A stretch of 64,000 bases of DNA, taken from positions 112,357 to 176,356 of the forward strand of contig JADHVF010000002.1 of NCBI GenBank assembly GCA_016784145.1, in the 5' to 3' direction. The DNA comes from Patescibacteria group bacterium (GTDB lineage Bacteria > Patescibacteriota > Patescibacteriia > UBA2591 > UBA6264). Shown here piece by piece: positions 57,088 to 64,000 of this stretch. The position numbers were made by a program, and so were the translations under genes. Every line of letters starts with the position of its first letter. Position 1 is the first letter of the stretch. The notes under the pieces are model-generated. The model did no database searches, was not told where the DNA came from, and saw only the letters and a program-made list of their open reading frames with translations.

Positions 57088-58050
57088 TTATTTGTTTAAA
57101 TATTTTTTAAGCCAATTAATAGTTGTTTTTAATCCTTTCTCAAAGTTAGTATTAAAATTGAATCCTAATTTTTTTAATTTAGAGTTATCAATGTCAAATA
57201 TTTTTATGTCTCCGGGAGTCCATTCAGTATATTTAATTTTTAGATCAGATTTATTTAGTTGGTTTAATATTTTATCAGCTAATTCTTTAATTGTTACTTT
57301 GATGCCAGAGGCACAGTTATAAACTTCTCCTTTGGTTTCTTTTTTCTGAGCAACTAAAAGGTTAATAGCAGCGATATCTTTAACATAGGTAAATGATCTT
57401 TGCTGTGTTCCATCTCCAAAAATAATAGGGGGTTGATTGTTTAGTGCTTTTCGTCCGAAAATAGATACAACTCCACCAACATCACTAGATTCTTGTCTAG
57501 GCCCATAAACATGGAAATAACGAAGAATCGTAATATCCATATTATAAAGATGCTCAAATGCTTTGGCATATCTTTCTCCTGCTAATTTGCTCACCCCATA
57601 ATATGAGGTTGGATTTAATGGGTGCTTTTCATCTTGAGGAAAATATTGCGCTTCTCCATAAACTGAACCAGTTGAGGCATGTACAACTTTTTTTACTCCA
57701 AAATCTCTGGACAATTCTAATATATTAAAAGTCCCTTTTCCATTAACTTCAAGATCTCTTCTAGGGTCTTTTAGACAAATCGTTTTTTTAGAAGCCGCTT
57801 CATGAAAGACGATGTCAATATTTTTAAAATATTTTTTTAAATTATTATAATCAGTTACATCACATTTTACAGCTTTAAATAATTTATTGTCTTTAAATTT
57901 ATTCAAGTTTTCTTTTTTACCAGCGCTGTAATCATCAATACTAATAACTTGTACTCCTAGATTTAGAAGTTCTTCAATTATATGACTACCAATAAATCCT
58001 GCTCCGCCAGTCACAATTGCTTTTTTATAAAGAAATTTTATTTTTTTCAT
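57088..58050 (-). CDS. NAD-dependent nucleotide-sugar epimerase/dehydratase (SDR)
   Basis: TGGAGFIGSH, YGVSK, LRYFHVYGPRQ, GDGTQQRSFTYV. Confidence 0.92.
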   Translation of the reverse strand: MKKIKFLYKKAIVTGGAGFIGSHIIEELLNLGVQVISIDDYSAGKKENLNKFKDNKLFKAVKCDVTDYNNLKKYFKNIDIVFHEAASKKTICLKDPRRDLEVNGKGTFNILELSRDFGVKKVVHASTGSVYGEAQYFPQDEKHPLNPTSYYGVSKLAGERYAKAFEHLYNMDITILRYFHVYGPRQESSDVGGVVSIFGRKALNNQPPIIFGDGTQQRSFTYVKDIAAINLLVAQKKETKGEVYNCASGIKVTIKELADKILNQLNKSDLKIKYTEWTPGDIKIFDIDNSKLKKLGFNFNTNFEKGLKTTINWLKKYLNK

Positions 58051-58053
58051 AGT

Positions 58054-59172
58054 TTATTTTAATAATTTTTTATATACTTTTAATAATTTTTTGCTTTCTT
58101 TCTCCCAATTATATCTTTTTAAAATAGCTTTTTGTCCATTTTCTCTCATTTGTTTTGCTTGTTCTGGATGTTTTATGAAATGTTCAATTGTCTCAGCAAT
58201 TTTTTTAGGTTTTTTTGGATCAACACAAAACCCACAATCATTTTTTTCTATAATTTCTTTCCATAAGGGAAAATCAGATGCAATTATTGGCAATTTATTT
58301 ATCATATATTCAAAAATTTTATTTGGGATTGCATTAATGTGATTTGGTTCAGGGAGAAAACAGATAAGACCTATATTAGCATTATTCATGTGTTGATATG
58401 CTTTTTTTTGAGGTAAGAACCCTAAGAAGTTGATACTATTCCATTCTGCCATACTCTTAATCTCTTCTTCAAACTTTTTTTCAGAAAATTTACCAATTAA
58501 TGTTAATTTTACATTATATTTAGAATTAATATACTTTAAAGATTTAATAATTTTTTTAATTCCTCTTTCTTTTGACAAACCACCAACATAAATCAATTCA
58601 ATATATTTTTTTGAGTTTGCTTCTTTTTTCTTTTCTTCTTTTGGAAATAAAGAAAGAATAGGATAATTTTTAATATCAATTACATTATTTTGTTTAAAAT
58701 TACTTTTAATATTTGGTGTAGCAGTGATAATATAATCTAATTTTTTAGATACCCATTTTTCAAATAAATTAAATAAATTAGAAATTATTTTTCTAAATAT
58801 TTTAGGAATCCAATGTTTAGATAAAATTTGTTTAGTAACATCTTCATGAACATCGTAAATTATTTTTGCTTCTGTTTTCTTTTTTAGTTTTAGCATCCAT
58901 GGCAATAATTCTGGATCATGAAAATGATATATATCTGCTTTTTGTTTTAAGGCTTTTCTATAGGTTAAATAATCTAGTTTTAAAAATCTTTTAATTCTGT
59001 TTCTAGATTTTGGAATAGCAATTATTTTTATTTTATCTATTGTTTCATTTTTATTATGCTGGGCGATTAAAGTAACATTGTAACCTGAATTAACTAATGT
59101 TTTAGTTTGTTTATAAAAAATTCTTGTATCAAGCAAAGGATGAACAGACGTAAGAATGCAAATTTTATTCAT
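58054..59172 (-). CDS. Glycosyltransferase family 4
   Basis: HPLLDTRIF, YHFHDPEL, IYDVHE, PNKIFEYM, YNWE. Confidence 0.92.
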   Translation of the reverse strand: MNKICILTSVHPLLDTRIFYKQTKTLVNSGYNVTLIAQHNKNETIDKIKIIAIPKSRNRIKRFLKLDYLTYRKALKQKADIYHFHDPELLPWMLKLKKKTEAKIIYDVHEDVTKQILSKHWIPKIFRKIISNLFNLFEKWVSKKLDYIITATPNIKSNFKQNNVIDIKNYPILSLFPKEEKKKEANSKKYIELIYVGGLSKERGIKKIIKSLKYINSKYNVKLTLIGKFSEKKFEEEIKSMAEWNSINFLGFLPQKKAYQHMNNANIGLICFLPEPNHINAIPNKIFEYMINKLPIIASDFPLWKEIIEKNDCGFCVDPKKPKKIAETIEHFIKHPEQAKQMRENGQKAILKRYNWEKESKKLLKVYKKLLK

Positions 59173-60445
59173 ATTTTCTATTTAAGTTTTCTTTTGGTAA
59201 TAAATATAATAATAATAAAGCGAGTAAAAGGCCGTGCGTGATAAAGGCAGTAAGCAAAGCTGTTCCTCGGATGGATAATATAAATGTTGCCAGAACTGCC
59301 ATTACTACTTTAATATTTTTTTTATAAGAAATATTGTCTATTAATTTTAGGATAAATGATAATATTATAGCCCATAACAGCATGCCTAAAAATCCAAAAT
59401 TTATGTATCCATCGCTAATAATTCCATTATTGGGATTACCTGCTGGGTTGCTTAAGTAGTTTTTTGCTATAAGTTTCGAGGGAGATAATTCATATGGATA
59501 ATTTATGAAATTTTGAAAAAAGTGATGCTGAGAAAGATATGTATATGGATTTTCTGAAAAAAAATCATAGTAAAAAAATGATAATTGTGCTGGCACTAGT
59601 AAACTTCGTCGTATAGCAAAAGAAGGGGGTAAGAGGTCATTTGTTGTGTAATAAATTAGTACACTTAACAATATTAATCCGATCAAGCTAATTGTTATTC
59701 TTGAATAAAAGTTTTTTTTATTTAAAGCCCAAATTAATACTAATATAAATGGTAATATGAATAAATATAATTTATTTCCTGTTCCAGAAAATAACAATAT
59801 TTGAAGCAATGTGGTTAATATAAGTAATCCCCATTTTTTTTTAATTAAAAATATTGTAAAAAATAAAGGTCCTATAATTTTTGCAAACCAATTTAATGTA
59901 TAATTAGCAAGTAAGACATGTAGATTAGCATAGCTAGAGCGTATTTCATATACATTTCTGATATTAAAATTTATTTGGAATCCTAAGTATTTATAAATAA
60001 AAATAAAAGATAAAGTTGAAATAATGATAAATATTGTCCATATAATAGCTTTAGATTGTTTTATTTTTTTAATATTTAATTTAAGAGGGATAGCTTGTAT
60101 TATCAAAGAAATTATTATCCAGAAAAAAGTGGAGGCATACATAAAGATTCTTGATTCATCCATTAGGCAGAAAAGAGTAAGCATTGGAATATAAGATATT
60201 AAAAATAGCATCCATAAAATTATATGAGATGGTTTTTTTGTTTTTTTAGGAATGAGAACAAAAACAATGAAAAGTAATAAATATGATTCAATTAATTTAA
60301 AAGAATTAGGTTGAAATACAAACTTAGAGTAAGCCCAAAAAGGAGAAATAATCAAATAATAGGATAGATCTAAAATAACTCTATAAATAATTATAAGAGT
60401 AAATATTTTTATTTTGTTTTTTTTAATTACTAATGCTTTTAGCAT
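59165..60445 (-). CDS. wzy: Putative Wzy polysaccharide polymerase
   Basis: About 11 TMs; loop RRSLLVPA...NPNNGIISDGYINFGFLG; position in a wzx/wzz locus. Confidence 0.7.
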   Translation of the reverse strand: MLKALVIKKNKIKIFTLIIIYRVILDLSYYLIISPFWAYSKFVFQPNSFKLIESYLLLFIVFVLIPKKTKKPSHIILWMLFLISYIPMLTLFCLMDESRIFMYASTFFWIIISLIIQAIPLKLNIKKIKQSKAIIWTIFIIISTLSFIFIYKYLGFQINFNIRNVYEIRSSYANLHVLLANYTLNWFAKIIGPLFFTIFLIKKKWGLLILTTLLQILLFSGTGNKLYLFILPFILVLIWALNKKNFYSRITISLIGLILLSVLIYYTTNDLLPPSFAIRRSLLVPAQLSFFYYDFFSENPYTYLSQHHFFQNFINYPYELSPSKLIAKNYLSNPAGNPNNGIISDGYINFGFLGMLLWAIILSFILKLIDNISYKKNIKVVMAVLATFILSIRGTALLTAFITHGLLLALLLLYLLPKENLNRKYE

Positions 60446-61811
60446 CTTTATTTATTTTATTTATTGGAATAACCAAATATTTTTCTTTTGAGATTAATTT
60501 ATAAAAATTTTCAAAGAGTCTTTTCCATTTAGGCGTGAATAATTCAGTCATATAACAATTATGCCAAAGAAAAACAAAAATACCGTTATAATTTTTAGTC
60601 TGATTCAATAATTTAATTATTTCTTTAAAAGCCTCAGAATAAGATAATTTTTTATTGTCTAGAGTTCCATCCATAACAATTAATGGAATTTCCCAAATAT
60701 TTATAACTTTTTTTTTCAAAATATTGAAAGGCTTAAATGGATAACATACTCCACATCTGAATCCATTAAAATTTGCATAACATAATGTTGTGTCATATTT
60801 TAAGTCTGCATTTTCCCATGTTTCCCAACTTTTTGGTCCAGCCCATTTTAGATAATGTTGTCTGCCGCTAGTAATTTTTTTGTTGATAATTTTTTCAAAT
60901 TCTATTTTTTCTTTCTTTATAATTTTTGGATTATTATAGGCCCTGAATCCTGTCTGAATTCCTATTTCAAATTTTTCTTTTTTTAATTTTGCAATTATTT
61001 TTTTTAAAATAGGATTTGATAATAAATATCTTTTATTATCAGTCATAAAATAAAAAGATGATTTAAATTTGTATTTTTTTTCTAAATTGATTATATAATT
61101 TAGAAAAATATCATGGTATGGATCGTTTTTTAGTTTTATTTTTACTTTAATATAATCAAACAAAATTTTTATTAATTTTTTAAAAGCCAATTTTTTAATT
61201 GTTTTTTTAATGGCAATTAGTGGTGGATACCATTTATATCTATCAATTTCATCAACATCATGAGTTAGACAAATAGTAAATTTTCTTTTCTTTCTTGTTT
61301 GTTTTATTTTTAAAAATTTTAACATATTCCAGAGCATTTCTGTATATTCATTTGTTATTGGTCTATGCAAAAATTTTTGTTTATAGGCTAGTGATTCTGT
61401 TGGTATAAATCTGTTATATTTATCTCGTTTTTTTATAACATATTCTTCCCATCTAGTAAGCATAAAAAAACAAGAAGCAAATATATCTATTTTGCAAATA
61501 ATTTTATTGTCAGATATTTCTAATGCATTGTCTCCATATATAATTGGTAAATTTTTTTTTGAGGCAAATTTATTATTGGATTTTTGAAGAGGTAATTGAG
61601 CTATATTTTGAGTAGATAAGTAATTTTGATTTTTAAAATTAGAAAAAAACGAATCCTTAATGATTAATTCTTTTTTGTTTCCTAAAATAATTTTATAATC
61701 GTTTTGATTGTAAGTTTCAATTTGATATTTTAATCCTAAAAATTCATTAAATAAGGTTGATATAATATATTTTCTTTCTGCCAAAAAATTGTTTGGGATT
61801 TTAATTATCAT
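60423..61811 (-). CDS. Polysaccharide deacetylase-like protein (NodB/CE4-like fold)
   Basis: DIFA..FFMLTRWEE, LTHDVD, RQHYL, YDTTL, GFRCG.CYPF, EIPLIVMD, LWHN. Confidence 0.82.
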   Translation of the reverse strand: MIIKIPNNFLAERKYIISTLFNEFLGLKYQIETYNQNDYKIILGNKKELIIKDSFFSNFKNQNYLSTQNIAQLPLQKSNNKFASKKNLPIIYGDNALEISDNKIICKIDIFASCFFMLTRWEEYVIKKRDKYNRFIPTESLAYKQKFLHRPITNEYTEMLWNMLKFLKIKQTRKKRKFTICLTHDVDEIDRYKWYPPLIAIKKTIKKLAFKKLIKILFDYIKVKIKLKNDPYHDIFLNYIINLEKKYKFKSSFYFMTDNKRYLLSNPILKKIIAKLKKEKFEIGIQTGFRAYNNPKIIKKEKIEFEKIINKKITSGRQHYLKWAGPKSWETWENADLKYDTTLCYANFNGFRCGVCYPFKPFNILKKKVINIWEIPLIVMDGTLDNKKLSYSEAFKEIIKLLNQTKNYNGIFVFLWHNCYMTELFTPKWKRLFENFYKLISKEKYLVIPINKINKDAKSISN

Positions 61812-61822
61812 TATAGTATTAT

Positions 61823-62734
61823 TTATTTTTTAATTTTATATATGATCATGGATATTATTTGTTTTAAGGAATTATTTTTTATTTTATTCATTATATTATA
61901 AAAATTTACCATAATATAGTTTCCTTTAGAAAATGTCCATTTTAATCTACAGCTTTTGCATCCAGGGTTATAGCAAAGAATAAACTCAGGAGTTTTTAAA
62001 AGTTTGGTTATTTCTATCTTTAAAGTTTTTTTCATACTAGTTGTTTTTGCATAAGCATCTCCTAATTTTCCTTCAGATAAAATTGCATTAAAATTTTTAT
62101 ATAATGGCAAAAACTTTCTAAAACCAGAAACACATGCTTCTGGCCAATTAATTTTAAAAAGTTTAATATCACCATTTTTATTAATATAATTTATTCCTAA
62201 ATTGCGTTGTTTTTTTTGTTTTAACCCGGCTAATTTTATTGCTACATGAGTTGTCCCAACCCCGACTATCTTGTTATCTTTTCCTATATTTAAATTTTTT
62301 GCATTTTTATTTGACATTATCCGTAATGGATTATAAGCAAAATTATTTGCTGTATGATTTTGCATCAAGTTCTTGGCATCATGCCCTATTGCTACAAATT
62401 TTTGAATTGGGTGATGACTACGAAACATTTTTGGATGATTTACCATTGTATTAACAAATATTCCAGCATATGAATGTGTTTTATTGTTGCTAATTTTCTT
62501 CCAATTTTTCTTTGAAAGAGGGAGTTTATAGCAAGAAACAAAAGCTTCAGAGACAATGGTGCCCGTTTCTCCAATTATATCAAGAAGCGCTTCAATCAAC
62601 GTATTGGCCCCTCCTTTAATTGGTCCAATTGATTTCATTGAAACTTTCAGGTTAACTAGATCTCCCTTTTTGAGTCCTAAATTATATAGATCTTTTATTA
62701 TTGTTTCCTTGTTATGTTTATGTTTTTGTTTCAT
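61823..62734 (-). CDS. AAC(3)/YokD-family acyltransferase
   Basis: DL.NLGLKKGD, SMKSIG.I.GGANTLIEAL.DIIGETGTIV, RSHHP..F.AIG, TTH; C-terminal C...C..C. Confidence 0.8.
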   Translation of the reverse strand: MKQKHKHNKETIIKDLYNLGLKKGDLVNLKVSMKSIGPIKGGANTLIEALLDIIGETGTIVSEAFVSCYKLPLSKKNWKKISNNKTHSYAGIFVNTMVNHPKMFRSHHPIQKFVAIGHDAKNLMQNHTANNFAYNPLRIMSNKNAKNLNIGKDNKIVGVGTTHVAIKLAGLKQKKQRNLGINYINKNGDIKLFKINWPEACVSGFRKFLPLYKNFNAILSEGKLGDAYAKTTSMKKTLKIEITKLLKTPEFILCYNPGCKSCRLKWTFSKGNYIMVNFYNIMNKIKNNSLKQIISMIIYKIKK

Positions 62735-63644
62735 TATTTTTTCTATAATTTTGAAAAGAAATTATTGCTTTGTGCTTGTTAATTGTTTTCTTTGCTTTTT
62801 CAATTGTTGGTGGAGAAATAAAAATATTATTATATACTGCTATGCCTCTATTTGTTTTTATTGCTCTGTTGTGTAATTTAATAATTTCTTGAGCTTCTGT
62901 TATTTCTTTTTTTGAAGGAGTATATAGTTTTTCTACTATTGGAATTTCGCGAGGAGACATGACTAACATGCCTTCGAATCCTACTTGTTTTGCTTGTTTA
63001 ATATGTTCTTTTAGGCCTTCAAAATTACCTATATCAACATAAGGTGTATCAATTGCTGATATTTTTGCTGCTTTGGCAGCCATAGAAATCATGTGTCTTG
63101 GGACTAATATTGATGTTCCGATAGAATTATGTTCACCTTCTGTTTCTTGCAAAAAATCTTCACTCCCAAAAAGGAGTCCTTTTATTCTGGGTGACGAAAA
63201 AGCTATGTTATAAACATCAAGGACAGCTTCAGGAGTCTCAATAAGCGCTATAATATTAAAGTATCCTATAGGCAGTTTTAACTCTTTTTCTTTGGTGGCC
63301 AATTTTTCACTGAATAATTTAATGCATTTTGTATTATAGATTTTTGGGAATACAAATCCAGTAAGATTTTTAGATGCTATAGCATTTATGTCTTTTGACA
63401 AAAAGCCACTTTCTATTGAATTGACCCTAACATAAATTGGCCGATTATCTACAATATTAGATTCTAGGACTTTTTTGATCATTTTCCTTGCTTTGCTTTT
63501 ACTGTTTTTAGGAGTTGCATCTTCAAGGTCCAGAACCACTACATCTGCATTAGTAGAAAATGCTTTTTTAATGTATTTTTCATTATGCCCAGCACTGAAT
63601 AAAAGGGTTCTTATTATTAATTTTTTTGAATATTTTTTTTTCAT
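62718..63644 (-). CDS. CitE/HpcH-family acyl-CoA lyase (citryl/malyl/citramalyl-CoA lyase-like)
   Basis: RTLLF, DVVVLDLEDA, VRVN, FPK, LIETP, FGSEDF, AIDTPY, GFEG. Confidence 0.9.
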   Translation of the reverse strand: MKKKYSKKLIIRTLLFSAGHNEKYIKKAFSTNADVVVLDLEDATPKNSKSKARKMIKKVLESNIVDNRPIYVRVNSIESGFLSKDINAIASKNLTGFVFPKIYNTKCIKLFSEKLATKEKELKLPIGYFNIIALIETPEAVLDVYNIAFSSPRIKGLLFGSEDFLQETEGEHNSIGTSILVPRHMISMAAKAAKISAIDTPYVDIGNFEGLKEHIKQAKQVGFEGMLVMSPREIPIVEKLYTPSKKEITEAQEIIKLHNRAIKTNRGIAVYNNIFISPPTIEKAKKTINKHKAIISFQNYRKNNETKT

Positions 63645-63650
63645 AATTTT

Positions 63651-64000
63651 TTATTTATTTTTTTTAGAAATCAATATTGTTCTTTCAAATGTTAGTACTT
63701 CTTTATTTTTTTGATTATATGCTGATGTTTTAATATGTATAATCCCTCTGTCATTCTTGCTTTTTGACTTTCTTTTTTTTAGCACAGTTGACTTTGCTTT
63801 TATTGTGTCATTAATAAATACAGGATGTTTATGTATTATTTTGTCATAGCTTAAATTAGCAATAGCTTTACCACTTATATCCCTTACAGACAATCCAACA
63901 GTTAAGGAGAAAATCAGTGTTCCGATAACAAGAATTTGTTTATGTTGTGATAATTTTGCGTATTCAATATCAAGATGTATTGGATGATGATTCATTGTTA
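63651..64000 (-). CDS. MaoC-family (hot-dog fold) dehydratase, 5' end outside the window
   Basis: TMNHHPIH.D..YA, GLSV.DISGKAIANL, HPVF..DTI; the reading frame is open to the window edge. Confidence 0.85.
   Translation of the reverse strand, partial: TMNHHPIHLDIEYAKLSQHKQILVIGTLIFSLTVGLSVRDISGKAIANLSYDKIIHKHPVFINDTIKAKSTVLKKRKSKSKNDRGIIHIKTSAYNQKNKEVLTFERTILISKKNK

Noticed and set aside
61823-62734. Acquired aminoglycoside-resistance gene
   Set aside because: It overlaps citE inside a glycan operon with no mobile-element context, so a biosynthetic role is more parsimonious (not excluded).
45000-63650. Poly-A/T tracts as phase-variation switches
   Set aside because: Runs of 8-10 are frequent throughout this AT-rich sequence and the ORFs are intact; no long G/C tracts were seen.
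1-64000. Alternative genetic code (UGA=Gly), inteins or introns
   Set aside because: Conserved genes are full length under code 11, RF2 is present, and RpoB, RpoC and RecA show no large insertions.

Overview
This is a very AT-rich bacterial chromosome segment, most consistent with Patescibacteria/CPR (Parcubacteria-like). That is an inference from the missing rpmD/L30 between rpsE and rplO, long basic extensions on L22/L23, a C-terminally truncated AlaRS, a split ComEC, a stand-alone VirB4/TraG-like ATPase and few SD sites. Bases 1-39.3 kb are all on the + strand and are housekeeping genes: cvpA, htrA, prfB (programmed +1 frameshift), glmS, cobO-like, comEC (two ORFs), tuf, the S10-spc ribosomal cluster, secY, map, yqgF, wecA-like, the ATPase, alaS, scpAB, murE, rpoBC, ftsK, rodZ-like and recA. 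Bases 39.6-64 kb are all on the - strand and form a >24 kb Wzx/Wzy/Wzz surface-glycan locus that runs off the window edge. It carries an unusual set of tailoring enzymes: a ThDP E1 alpha/beta pair without E2/E3, a methyltransferase-aminotransferase-methyltransferase triplet, a GATase-WbpG fusion, a MaoC-CitE-AAC(3) acyl module and a possibly split GT-C. Non-coding highlights are a 22-unit heptamer array between ftsK and rodZ, a nested inverted-repeat element built from related words between recA and wzz, a multi-hairpin attenuator-like spacer between rpsJ and rplC, DnaA boxes before the rpoB promoter, and probable leaderless promoters. I found no tRNA, rRNA, CRISPR array or transposase. All calls come from motif recognition by eye; no database searches were run.
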